A stretch of DNA of 64,000 nucleotides from Patescibacteria group bacterium (lineage in GTDB: Bacteria; Patescibacteriota; Patescibacteriia; JAXHNJ01). Positions 30,066 through 39,066 of this stretch are shown here, piece after piece. Position 1 is the stretch's first letter, and every line of letters starts with the position of its first letter. Made by a program: the position numbers and the translations under genes. Where the stretch lies: positions 480,660 through 544,659 of the forward strand of contig JAXHNJ010000002.1 of NCBI GenBank assembly GCA_034520665.1, written 5' to 3'. The notes beneath the pieces were generated by a model. It worked only from the letters and a program-made list of their open reading frames with translations, was not told the origin of the DNA and did no database searches.

Positions 30066-30107
30066 ATAATGAGGAGGTCGTCTCCAGAAGGGAGACCGTG
30101 CCACCAA
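30066..30107 (+). repeat. tRNA-Ile(GAU) 3-prime fragment copy with T-arm replaced by GTCTCC-AGAA-GGGAGAC hairpin
   Basis: GATAATGAGGAGGTCG-hairpin-CCGTGCCACCA. Confidence 0.75.
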
Positions 30108-30306
30108 GTCGTTTCCGAGTAACCTGGCTCACCAATATTTTAAAAATATCGCAAAGGACATTACATATTTATTTTCCCAGTTGCCGAGACCTAAAAAAGC
30201 CGAGATAGCTCCCCGTCATTCCACGGGGTAAGCAGTGGTAGACCTGCCCGCAATGCCGAGCAAATATAAAGTATATTAAAATATAAAGATAGAGTCTGTC
30301 TCTGGG

Positions 30307-30381
30307 GCCTGGGTAGCTCAGTGGTAGAGCGAAGGACTGAAAATCCTTGCGTCACCAGTTCGATTCTGGTCCCAGGCACCA
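30307..30381 (+). tRNA. tRNA-Phe (anticodon GAA)
   Basis: GCCTGGG acceptor stem, anticodon loop CTGAAAA, T-loop TTCGATT, CCA encoded. Leader TCTGTCTCTGG pairs with trailer CCAGAGGCAGA. Confidence 0.92.
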
Positions 30382-30413
30382 GAGGCAGATTATATTGTTA
30401 ATTGTTTAAGCGT

Positions 30414-30510
30414 TGCTTGGCGGGTGGAGCGAAGGACTGAAAATTTTACCCCGCCCTTGAGTGAAAACGAATAGTGCGAGGCCTTGCGTCACCAGTTCTG
30501 CGACTTTGGC
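30414..30510 (+). pseudogene. degenerate tRNA-Phe copy with 37-nt insertion in the anticodon loop and truncated D-arm
   Basis: GGAGCGAAGGACTGAAAAT + [TTTACCCCGCCCTTGAGTGAAAACGAATAGTGCGAGG] + CCTTGCGTCACCAGTTC, then diverges. Confidence 0.7.
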
Positions 30511-30525
30511 TGAGGTTAGTTTAGT

Positions 30526-30573
30526 CCCGGATGTAGCTCAGTCGGCTAGAGCGCTTGCTTTGGCCCGCCTGCC
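30526..30573 (+). repeat. orphan tRNA 5-prime half (ends in anticodon loop TTTGG) joined to CCCGCCTGCC
   Basis: CCCGGATGTAGCTCAGTCGGCTAGAGCGCTTGCTTTGG then CCCGCCTGCC. The same 10-mer follows the tRNA-Ile 5-prime half at 29872-29881. Confidence 0.7.
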
Positions 30574-30581
30574 TTGACTGA

Positions 30582-30655
30582 CGGGGTATAGCGAAGTTGG
30601 CTATCGCGCCTGCTTTGGGAGCAGGAGATCGTCGGTTCAAGTCCGACTACCCCGA
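30582..30655 (+). tRNA. tRNA-Pro (anticodon TGG)
   Basis: C1:G72 acceptor stem CGGGGTA/TACCCCG, anticodon loop TTTGGGA, T-loop TTCAAGT, discriminator A, no CCA. Confidence 0.85.
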
Positions 30656-30666
30656 TAGCTAAGGCA

Positions 30667-30760
30667 GTCGGGCGGGGAGCAGGAAATCGCGAGTTTGAGT
30701 CTCACATTCCCGACTTAGAGAGAAAAGGTTGTCTCCCAAAGGGAGACGGCCACGACCAAG
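30667..30760 (+). repeat. D-armless tRNA-Pro-like 3-prime fragment followed by GTCTCCC-AAA-GGGAGAC hairpin
   Basis: GTCGGGCGGGGAGCAGGAAATCGCGAGTTTGAGTCTCACATTCCCGAC, then AGGTTGTCTCCCAAAGGGAGAC at 30727-30747. Confidence 0.6.
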
Positions 30761-30790
30761 CGGGTATAGTATAGTGGATTATTATACTAC
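30760..30790 (+). repeat. partial tRNA-Gly(UCC) 5-prime copy (positions 1-30)
   Basis: GCGGGTATAGTATAGTGGATTATTATACTAC versus the gene GCGGGCGTCGTATAGTGGCTATTATGCTAC. Confidence 0.7.
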
Positions 30791-30811
30791 TAAATATTTC
30801 TTAACGAGTAA

Positions 30812-30883
30812 GCGGGCGTCGTATAGTGGCTATTATGCTACCCTTCCAAGGTAGAAACGCCGGTTCGATTCCGGTCGCCCGCT
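30812..30883 (+). tRNA. tRNA-Gly (anticodon TCC)
   Basis: GCGGGCG acceptor stem, anticodon loop CTTCCAA, T-loop TTCGATT, discriminator U, no CCA. Flanked by 13/14 inverted repeat TTCTTAACGAGTAA / TTATTCGTTAAGAA. Confidence 0.88.
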
Positions 30884-30951
30884 TATTCGTTAAGAAGCCA
30901 ATAAATAAATTTGTAGATATTAAGAAAAGGTTCTGCGCCCAAGGTGCATTT

Positions 30952-30982
30952 GTCTCTGACGGAGACTCCGGTCGCCCGCTCC
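30952..30982 (+). repeat. GTCTC-TGAC-GGAGAC hairpin fused to copy of tRNA-Gly 3-prime end (TCCGGTCGCCCGCT)
   Basis: Same architecture as the Ile-UAU and Ile-GAU fragment copies. Confidence 0.7.
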
Positions 30983-31043
30983 AAATTTTATTTAGAAGTA
31001 GGCTATTAAATACTAACTTTAATAAAGTATATTAAAAATTAAA

Positions 31044-31132
31044 GCCGGGATGGCGGAATTGGTATACGCGCTGGACTTAAAATCCAGTGGTGCTCATACA
31101 CCTTGTGGGTTCGAGTCCCACTCCCGGCACCA
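31044..31132 (+). tRNA. tRNA-Leu (anticodon TAA), long variable arm
   Basis: GCCGGGA acceptor stem, anticodon loop CTTAAAA, 16-nt variable arm, T-loop TTCGAGT, CCA encoded. Confidence 0.9.
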
Positions 31133-31241
31133 TTTCTTCGCTCCTCTAGAACTTCGGAGGGTAAACGGCTAACTTGTTCTACGTAGTCTTGGCCCAGTAA
31201 GATTACCGGCATCAAATAATTTTAAAAAATAAAATATAAAA

Positions 31242-31460
31242 ATGAAAAAAATAATAAAAGGTATTTTATTTTCTAGCCTTTTTTTTCTTATTCTACCCAA
31301 AGTTAGTTTAGCTTATTTAGACGCTGGCTCTGGTAGTTATGTAATTCAGATAGTAATTGCTATTTTGGCCGGTGGCGCTTTTGCTATAAAAATATTTTTT
31401 CGTCAGATAAAAAGATTTTTTACTAAAGTTTTTTCTCGGAAGGATAAAAATGATAAATAA
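31242..31460 (+). CDS. small secreted/membrane protein (72 aa)
   Basis: Signal-peptide-like N-terminus and a second hydrophobic helix. Confidence 0.4.
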   Translation: MKKIIKGILFSSLFFLILPKVSLAYLDAGSGSYVIQIVIAILAGGAFAIKIFFRQIKRFFTKVFSRKDKNDK

Positions 31461-32835
31461 GGAAAATAAAATAAAAATAGCCACTAGTTCATTTCGTGAC
31501 CCTAGTGGTTTTGTTTTTTTTGAGGATAAAAAAGTTTATCGTCAAGTAAATCAGTCATATAAAAATATTTATGACTCTATCAAAGAATCGGGGTTATATG
31601 AAGAGTTAATAAAAGAAAATTTATTAATAAATTTTCAAGAAGTTGATGGACCAGTAGCTGAAAAATCACCAGTTTATAAAATTCTTAAAGTAAACAAAGT
31701 TCCCTTTATTTCCTATCCTTATGAATGGTGCTTTAGCCAATTAAAAGAAGCCGCTTTATTAACCTTAAAAATACAAAAAAAAGCTTTAAAGCAGGGTTTT
31801 TCTTTAAAGGATGCTAGCGCTTACAATATCCAGTTTTATCAAGGGAGGCCCATTTTTATTGATATTCTGTCTTTTGAAAAATATGAAGAAAAACCCTGGA
31901 TAGCCTACAGACAATTTTGTCAGCACTTTCTAGCTCCTCTTTCTTTAATGTCTTTAAAAGATCATCGGCTAAATTTTTTAACCAAGGAATTTATTGATGG
32001 TATTCCTTTAGATTTGGCTAGTTCAATTTTACCCAAAAAAAGTTACTTTAAATTTTTACTATTAAGTCATATTCACTTTCATGCTCGTGGCCAAAAATAT
32101 TATGCTGACAAAGAAATTAAAAATCAGCAGAGGAAAATGAGTAAAAAATCATTAATGAACCTATTAAAGAGTTTAGAATCAGCGGTTACTTCGTTAAATT
32201 GGAAGAATCAAGATACGGAATGGGCTGCTTATTATAAGAATACTAATTATACAAAAAAAGCCTTTGACCATAAGAAAGAAATTGTAAAAGAATTTATTAA
32301 AAAAATAAACCCAAAAAATATCTGGGATTTAGGCGCTAATAACGGTATTTTTAGTTTATTGGCTTCGAAAAATAATGTCTATACAATAGCTATTGATAAT
32401 GACGCAGCCGCCATTGAAAGTGCTTATAATTATATAAAAAAGAAAAATATTAACAATATTTTGCCCTTAGTTATTGATTTAACTAATCCTAGCAGCAGTA
32501 TCGGCTGGCAAAACAAAGAAAGACAAACTTTGATCGAAAGGGGGCCATCTGATTTAATTATGGCTTTAGCTTTAGTTCATCACTTAGCTATATCTAACAA
32601 TACTCCTTTTATTATGATAGCCCAATTTTTTAGTTCTATGGGGAAAAATTTAATTGTGGAATTTGTGCCGAAAAAAGACACAAAAGTCAAAAAATTATTA
32701 AGTACTAGAAAAGATATTTTTTCTGAATATAATCAAGATAAATTTGAAGAATCTTTTAAAAAATATTTTTCTATTATACAAAAAGATAAAGTGAAAGAAT
32801 CGGAAAGAATACTTTATTTAATGAAAAGAATATGA
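31450..32835 (+). CDS. hypothetical protein with C-terminal class I SAM-dependent methyltransferase domain
   Basis: DLGANNGIFSLLA motif I and later acidic motif II. N-terminal 250 aa unassigned. Confidence 0.55.
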   Translation: MINKENKIKIATSSFRDPSGFVFFEDKKVYRQVNQSYKNIYDSIKESGLYEELIKENLLINFQEVDGPVAEKSPVYKILKVNKVPFISYPYEWCFSQLKEAALLTLKIQKKALKQGFSLKDASAYNIQFYQGRPIFIDILSFEKYEEKPWIAYRQFCQHFLAPLSLMSLKDHRLNFLTKEFIDGIPLDLASSILPKKSYFKFLLLSHIHFHARGQKYYADKEIKNQQRKMSKKSLMNLLKSLESAVTSLNWKNQDTEWAAYYKNTNYTKKAFDHKKEIVKEFIKKINPKNIWDLGANNGIFSLLASKNNVYTIAIDNDAAAIESAYNYIKKKNINNILPLVIDLTNPSSSIGWQNKERQTLIERGPSDLIMALALVHHLAISNNTPFIMIAQFFSSMGKNLIVEFVPKKDTKVKKLLSTRKDIFSEYNQDKFEESFKKYFSIIQKDKVKESERILYLMKRI

Positions 32836-34379
32836 ATTTAAAGAAAATAATCCCCTGGCATACAATTCTGTTTTCTTTTTACCCAGTTATTTACTTATAT
32901 GAAAGAAATATACAGGAGACTTTTTTAAGAGAAATTATTTTTTTACCATTAGTAGTTATGATATTAGCTTTAATATTCTTTTTTATTATAAACTTTATAA
33001 TTGAAAATATATATAAAAGTGGTTTAATTGTTACGGTTTTATTATTTTTTACTTTTTCTTATGGTCCTTTATATTATACTGGTTTTAAAAATATATTTAA
33101 TAAAAGCATCTTTTTAATTATATGGCTATTTTTTATGTTATTGGTAATAGGCTTGATTTTTTGTATAAAAAAAGATTTTATTAAAATAAATAAAATAATA
33201 AATTTTTCCGTAATAATTTTGCTTTTGATTAGTCTGAGTAATATATTTATTTATAATATAAAGAATCAAAATATAGGGCATGCATTGGTATCAAATAAAG
33301 ATTTTGAAAAGTTTGAAATAGATAATAGGGAATTGCCAGATATTTATTATTTAATTTTTGATCGCTATGGGCGAGATGATGTTTTAGAAGATTATTTTAA
33401 TTTTGATAATAATTATTTTACTACTACTCTTGAAAAAAGAGGCTTTTATATAGCCGATAAAAGTCATTCAAATTATTTAAAAACAGCCCATTCTCTTAAC
33501 TCTTCTCTAAATATGAAATATCTTAATGAAATGGCTAAGAAAGTTAGCAAAGAAAAAAGTGATTGGATGCCTCTTTATTTAAGCTTACGGGGTGAATCAG
33601 AAGTTTCAAAAAGATTGAAAAATAATAATTATTATTATATACATTCTGGATCCTGGTGGGGGGCTACTGCCATTAATGAAACAGCTGATAAAAATATAAA
33701 TAACCTAAAAAAAGGCCCAATTTTTTTTGCCAGACAGCTTTATGATATGACTATTTTTTCTACCTTAAATAAAAAATTAAGCATCAAATTTCCTTTTTTA
33801 AACCGTTTTGATTTTTATTATAAAAACACTTTAGAACAGTTTAATAACCTTAACAAAATCCCTAATATCAAACAACCGACTTATTCATTTTTTCATTTTC
33901 TTCTTCCTCATGACCCTTATGTTTTTGATGAAAAAGGAAATTATGTTTCAAAAGATGAATCATCAAAAAATTCTGAAAGAGAAAATTATATTAAACAATT
34001 AAAATTTACTAATAGTCAGATATTGAAATTTATAGAAAAGGCTCTTTCAAAAGAAGGTCAAAAGCCAATAATAATTTTACAAGCTGATGAAGGCCCTTAT
34101 CCTGAAAGATGGTGGCCTGAAGATTCATATAAAAAAATGAGTTGGGAAACAGCTAGTAATAAAGAATTTAAAGTAAAAAATAGTATATTAAATGCTTATT
34201 ATTTACCCAATGTTGACACTAGCGATTTATATCCGGAAATTACTCCGGTTAATACCTTTCGTTATATTTTTAATAAATATTTTAATACGGATTATGAATA
34301 TTTACCTGATAAATTATACTCCCATACTGATTGGTATCATCCTTATGATTTTTTTGAAATAACAGAAAGAATAAAGTAA
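32832..34379 (+). CDS. membrane-anchored sulfatase/LTA-synthase-like (alkaline phosphatase superfamily) enzyme
   Basis: Five N-terminal TM helices. Extracytoplasmic domain with FHFLLPHDPY motif typical of the sulfatase / phosphoglycerol transferase family. Confidence 0.55.
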   Translation: MNLKKIIPWHTILFSFYPVIYLYERNIQETFLREIIFLPLVVMILALIFFFIINFIIENIYKSGLIVTVLLFFTFSYGPLYYTGFKNIFNKSIFLIIWLFFMLLVIGLIFCIKKDFIKINKIINFSVIILLLISLSNIFIYNIKNQNIGHALVSNKDFEKFEIDNRELPDIYYLIFDRYGRDDVLEDYFNFDNNYFTTTLEKRGFYIADKSHSNYLKTAHSLNSSLNMKYLNEMAKKVSKEKSDWMPLYLSLRGESEVSKRLKNNNYYYIHSGSWWGATAINETADKNINNLKKGPIFFARQLYDMTIFSTLNKKLSIKFPFLNRFDFYYKNTLEQFNNLNKIPNIKQPTYSFFHFLLPHDPYVFDEKGNYVSKDESSKNSERENYIKQLKFTNSQILKFIEKALSKEGQKPIIILQADEGPYPERWWPEDSYKKMSWETASNKEFKVKNSILNAYYLPNVDTSDLYPEITPVNTFRYIFNKYFNTDYEYLPDKLYSHTDWYHPYDFFEITERIK

Positions 34380-34447
34380 AATAGCGGATATATTAGAGAC
34401 AAAATTAGATTGTATTATTCATCTAAATGTTAATAATTAATAAATTT

Positions 34448-34879
34448 TTACCAGCCAAGAGAAATTAAAATTGCAGCTAAGGGAAATAAAATCCAGTAAA
34501 AGGTAGGTAAGCCCAAAAACCAGCTTTGATGCCACCAAAGCTTTTTATTTTTTTTATTAAAGTTTTTTAAACCAAAATGAGGATTAAAAATAAACCAGAG
34601 AAAATCCTCCAAACTCCAAACAAAAATCCAGGAGCCAATAATCAATAATTCTTTTTCTAAACTCCAGCTTGTAAAAAATAAAGGAAAATGAATTAATAAA
34701 AAGGTAAAACTAAGAAAATAAATATGGTAGCCAGTAATCGGTTTTAAACCGATTTTTTGCTTTAATTTAAAAGTTGGTAGTTTTTTAGCCCAGCCGTACT
34801 GGCCCTCAATTTGAATTTCCAGCAGAGCCAAAATAAAAGCACAAATGATAAGATAGAATAAATATAATGGTAGTTTCAT
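34448..34879 (-). CDS. small polytopic membrane protein
   Basis: ORF track. Four hydrophobic segments. Trp-rich. Confidence 0.45.
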   Translation of the reverse strand: MKLPLYLFYLIICAFILALLEIQIEGQYGWAKKLPTFKLKQKIGLKPITGYHIYFLSFTFLLIHFPLFFTSWSLEKELLIIGSWIFVWSLEDFLWFIFNPHFGLKNFNKKNKKLWWHQSWFLGLPTFYWILFPLAAILISLGW

Positions 34880-34898
34880 AATTTATATTTTAATTTTT

Positions 34899-35558
34899 TT
34901 ATAAGTTATTATCCACTAACTTAGCTTTAACGGCTTTTAACAGACTAAAATGAGATTCTACGGTTTTAATAATTTCGAAACCTTTATTTTGTAATATTTC
35001 TTCCAAGTTTGTCATTTTAATTTGGTTGACATGAGTATTATTCCAAACTTTACCTCTTCCCAATTTTGTCCAAAAAAACCAAATTATTTCAAAAAGAAGA
35101 TTTTCGTTCGGTACTAATATAATTAATTCTCCTTCCTTTTTTAAACATCTTTGCATTTCGCCAATTACTTTTTTTGGATTAATAACGTGTTCAATAACCT
35201 CAAAACAAGTAATAAAATCAAAAAAATTATTTTTATAAGGGAGATTATGGCAGTCAGCCACTTGGGTTTTAAAATGAGGATATTTCTTTTTAGCATATTC
35301 TATACTTGGCTTTGATATATCAACGCCGTAAGCTTCTACATTTCCCATTTTTTTCGCCACTTTTTCCATAAAGAGACAGCCATTACAGCCGACATCTAAG
35401 TAACGTTTTCCCTTAAAATTTTTCGGTATCATGTCTAATATTAATTTAAATCTTTTATTGTGCCACCAGCGTTGATACCGATTCTTTTTTATACTTTTTT
35501 CATAGTAGTGAGGCGGAACTTCTGAATGTATTTTATCAATTTTATTTCTACTAATCAT
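34899..35558 (-). CDS. class I SAM-dependent methyltransferase
   Basis: LDVGCNGCLFMEKVAKKMG motif I. UbiE/COQ5-like. Confidence 0.78.
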   Translation of the reverse strand: MISRNKIDKIHSEVPPHYYEKSIKKNRYQRWWHNKRFKLILDMIPKNFKGKRYLDVGCNGCLFMEKVAKKMGNVEAYGVDISKPSIEYAKKKYPHFKTQVADCHNLPYKNNFFDFITCFEVIEHVINPKKVIGEMQRCLKKEGELIILVPNENLLFEIIWFFWTKLGRGKVWNNTHVNQIKMTNLEEILQNKGFEIIKTVESHFSLLKAVKAKLVDNNL

Positions 35559-35584
35559 TTTTTATTATTTTATTTGGTAATAAA

Positions 35585-36877
35585 TTAAAATTTAGTTATA
35601 TATTTTTTTGTTGTAACTTTATTTTCTCCAAAAGTCCAAGCTAACACTAAAAGTAAACTAAATAATCCGATAAAACTATCATTAAAAAAACGAGAAAAAA
35701 CAAAGAAAGTAAAGGTAAATAAAGTATAAAACAAAGTAATATTTTTTACAGTATTATTACATTTTAATTTTTTTATAAGCCATAAAAATAAAGGCAAGCT
35801 AATAAGTATTTGTAAAATATAAGTTATAGAAAAACCGTGCATTGATTTAATTATACCCGACTTAACTAAAATTCCTCCCCAACCAACACCAGAAGCAGGA
35901 AAGCTAGTTTTTAATCCACCAATACCAAATAAGAAAACATCTTTGATAAAATTAGAGGCAGACCAAAATAAAAATGGACTAATAAAAATAATAAAAACAA
36001 TTAATCCAGGTAGTAGTTTTTTAAAGGAATATTTTATTCTGGGCCAATTTTTTTTATTTTTAGGTATGTAATAAAAATGGAAAAAATAGAATAAGGTTAA
36101 AAACCAGGCATATTGTTTAGAAGCACAAGCTAAACCAAGGAAAATAATAGACCAAAAATCTTTATTTTTATTAAGAAAAAATAATGAAATTAAAATTAGA
36201 AAAAAAGTAAATATATCATTTTGCCCGTGAATAAGACTAATTAAAAAATAAGGATTTAAGGCGGCAATTAATATAATACTAAGCTTTTTTTCCTTATTTT
36301 TGGGAATTAAATATAATAAAATTAAACTTAAAAAATAAAAAATAATCAATATTATTAAAGAATCAGCAAAACCGAAGTAATGATAAGTAATTATTTGAAC
36401 AAAAGTATTGGATAATAAAAAGAATGGCAGATAAACATAATGCATAAATTCACCTTCATATCTTTTACTATATTTATTAGAATATATATGACCAAAAGGA
36501 GTAGAGGAAAAATTAACGGCATAGGGATTTTTGCCTCTGATAAGAAGATTGGAGGCATTTAAAGTTTTGGCGCCACTGTCATTCAAATTATATTCTGGAT
36601 AGGTTTCTTGTCTAAGTTGAATTCTTGGTAGAGTTGCTGTTAGTAAAATGGTTAATATAGTTATAGAAATTATTATTAATTTTGTATAATGATATGATTT
36701 ATTTTTGGATTTTTTAATATCAAAGATAATCAAAAAAATAAGGCCGATAAAAGTCATAAGATAAAAAACAGAATTATCAAAAAGTACTTTTCCCCCACTA
36801 ATATAAGTATTGACATATCTTACAACAAAAGGCGCTAGTATAGCGTAGAGAACAGTGCTTAGTGAAATTTTTTTCAT
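35585..36877 (-). CDS. polytopic membrane protein, GT-C-like glycosyltransferase suspected
   Basis: At least eleven TM helices. Periplasmic loop after TM1. Confidence 0.45.
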   Translation of the reverse strand: MKKISLSTVLYAILAPFVVRYVNTYISGGKVLFDNSVFYLMTFIGLIFLIIFDIKKSKNKSYHYTKLIIISITILTILLTATLPRIQLRQETYPEYNLNDSGAKTLNASNLLIRGKNPYAVNFSSTPFGHIYSNKYSKRYEGEFMHYVYLPFFLLSNTFVQIITYHYFGFADSLIILIIFYFLSLILLYLIPKNKEKKLSIILIAALNPYFLISLIHGQNDIFTFFLILISLFFLNKNKDFWSIIFLGLACASKQYAWFLTLFYFFHFYYIPKNKKNWPRIKYSFKKLLPGLIVFIIFISPFLFWSASNFIKDVFLFGIGGLKTSFPASGVGWGGILVKSGIIKSMHGFSITYILQILISLPLFLWLIKKLKCNNTVKNITLFYTLFTFTFFVFSRFFNDSFIGLFSLLLVLAWTFGENKVTTKKYITKF

Positions 36878-36947
36878 ATACTAATTTTACCACAAAAAAA
36901 GAAAGCCTTAAATATCAGCCTTCTTTTTTAATATAATTTTGATTTAA

Positions 36948-37442
36948 TTACAATATTTCCATTTTCAAAATTTTTACGCCCCAGTTTTTAGCTTCCTGCT
37001 TGGAGGGCATCCAGATGTCAGCAATGTATTTACCTTTGTAAGAAGCCATGCGATCGGTAACTGTAAAAATTTTATCACCATAAGCCTCCGGGAATCTGAC
37101 CTTAGTGCCAAAAGGGAGATAATTGTAAGCTAGAGTCCCGTCTTCGACTCTCTGACCGGAAGCAGTGATAAAAGGATCGCCAGAACATTCATCCGGACTG
37201 GAAGAATAAGCGGTGATGGTTAGGTGAATCTGACTTCTGGCCGGTCTGTTTTTAACTTTTGGCAAACCTGGCATTTTTTGAATTTGCTCAAAAGTAGCGT
37301 AATTTTGGTATTGATCTTTGGTTAAAAAGTTATTTTCAATTACTTGTTTAGCTGAAGTTTGGGGAATACCTAAATTTATCAAACTTAAAATGGAGATAAA
37401 AGTAATAATATTTTGTTTAGAAAAGACCTTTCTGGTCTTCAT
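36948..37442 (-). CDS. secreted 3D-domain protein (MltA/YabE-like cell-wall binding)
   Basis: Signal peptide. ITAYSSSPDECSGDPFITASG...YIADIW 3D-domain signature. Confidence 0.7.
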   Translation of the reverse strand: MKTRKVFSKQNIITFISILSLINLGIPQTSAKQVIENNFLTKDQYQNYATFEQIQKMPGLPKVKNRPARSQIHLTITAYSSSPDECSGDPFITASGQRVEDGTLAYNYLPFGTKVRFPEAYGDKIFTVTDRMASYKGKYIADIWMPSKQEAKNWGVKILKMEIL

Positions 37443-37559
37443 AAGTTTTATAAATTAATGATAATCTATTAAAAAACTGCTAATATTAGCTAAATAAAGC
37501 AGTTTTCACTTGATAGATTACCTTAGCATAATGACAATCTTTGTCAAGGGGATATTTTG

Positions 37560-37584
37560 TGTAAAAAAACCCTGTTTCAAAAAA
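37560..37584 (-). terminator. intrinsic terminator CCCTGTTTCA-AAAAA-TGAAACAGGG
   Basis: 10-bp perfect stem. T-run on minus strand (A7 on plus at 37552-37558). Confidence 0.65.
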
Positions 37585-37740
37585 TGAAACAGGGAATAAG
37601 AACTCTACTTAAGAGTAATATACATTTTGTCAGAGTATCCGTCCCACTTAATTAACACAAGAATATTTACCCCCTCATCATAATAGCGAGTGAAAGAGTC
37701 TTCACCGTGATGACCAAGATTTAAGGTGTTGCCCCTTCTT

Positions 37741-37977
37741 TTATTTACTTGTATTTACTTGTGAATCATTTATAATGAAACGAAAAGAGCCTCCGCTAGA
37801 ATTGGAATTTTTTGCTGTCATAGTATGAGTATTCCAGTCCCAAGTAAATTTTACACCCTCATATTCAAAATGAATTTTGCCTTCAGAATCAGGCTCAAAA
37901 ACATTCTTTGAGCAAGAAATGAAAATAAAAAGAATTAATATAGTTACGATGACTGGATAAAACCTCTTCATTTTCAA
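37741..37977 (-). CDS. small lipoprotein-like protein (78 aa)
   Basis: Signal peptide ending ISCSKN lipobox-like. Confidence 0.4.
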   Translation of the reverse strand: MKMKRFYPVIVTILILFIFISCSKNVFEPDSEGKIHFEYEGVKFTWDWNTHTMTAKNSNSSGGSFRFIINDSQVNTSK

Positions 37978-38338
37978 TCACCTCTTTTGTAAAAAAGATT
38001 AAAAAGAACAATAAATTACTTATTTGGGAAGCACTTAAATTTATCAGATAATTATTTTTTTGTCAAGGGAAAAAATAAAAAACCTCTCTTTGAAAGTAAA
38101 GAAAGGCTAATTAAAGGGTAAATAATGGATTACTCTTTTTAATTATTTCATTTTTAAGACGTCACTATCTATTAGCCTTAAAGCTTATTAAAAAAGTTAA
38201 ATTCTGTCAATTTTAAAAATAACCCAAATAAAACCAGGTTATTTTGTTTGAAGCGGCAGATATTTATTGGGAAGACGACCCTTTTTTCCGCCGGCCGGAG
38301 CCGCTATGATATGTATTTATTGCGCTAATATTATATTT

Positions 38339-38415
38339 TGGAGCGAGAGAGGGGACTCGAACCCCCGACCTTCTCCTTGGCAAGGAGATGTTCTAGCCAA
38401 CTGAACTACTCTCGC
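38339..38415 (-). tRNA. tRNA-Gly (anticodon GCC)
   Basis: GCGAGAG acceptor stem, anticodon loop TTGCCAA, T-loop TTCGAGT, discriminator U, CCA encoded. Confidence 0.9.
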
Positions 38416-38634
38416 ATATTTATTAATACTGTAATATTTATTATAAACGGCGGCGGGCCGGTTGGCAAGGAATATATTTTTAACAACTGTCAGCCAGAGG
38501 CCGATCCGCTTTGTCTGCCACAGGCAGGCTTTGGTGGAGACTACTGCCGTAAAAATCTAAGTCTACGGGTGGGACCTCCCGCTCCTTGATTTATTATTTC
38601 GCAAGGAATGGCGGGATCTCGCCATTAAGACAGG

Positions 38635-38657
38635 AGAACCGGCGAATAGAGGTTTTG
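38635..38657 (-). repeat. partial duplicate of tRNA-Cys 3-prime half (GAACCGGCGAATAGAGGTTTTG)
   Basis: 22/22 identity to 38711-38732. Copy begins immediately 3-prime of the anticodon. Confidence 0.8.
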
Positions 38658-38687
38658 TCCCGATTTCTCCAAAATTTTGAAGTTAAG

Positions 38688-38762
<75 letters not shown>

Positions 38763-39066
38763 ATGGCTTCAAAATTTTGTTGAGAAATCGAGGATCCTCG
38801 CAAAAGTACTAGTATATAAAATATTTATTTCATCATTGCGGGACAGACCCCCGCCTAGACTTTACTCCGTCAAATGACGGAGATTTGCTTGCCCCACGAA
38901 GCTTAAAAGCGAAGTGGGGGCTTATGTGGCCGTGAAAATTATAACTGGCGGAGCCGACTCTGTTGCCTAACGGAATGGCCGCGAAAAAATTGGTGGAGAC
39001 TATTTTATATAGAAGACATAAATAACTTTTTAAATATTAACAAATTTTGATTATTTTTTCAAGAGT

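Noticed and set aside
30191-30379. Minus-strand 62-aa ORF (MPGTRIELVTQGFSV...)
   Set aside because: It is the reverse translation of tRNA-Phe and flanking tRNA debris (the classic GTRIELV artefact). Not a gene.
30826-31035. Plus-strand 69-aa ORF
   Set aside because: It overlaps tRNA-Gly(UCC) and its hairpin-fragment copy. It starts inside the tRNA.
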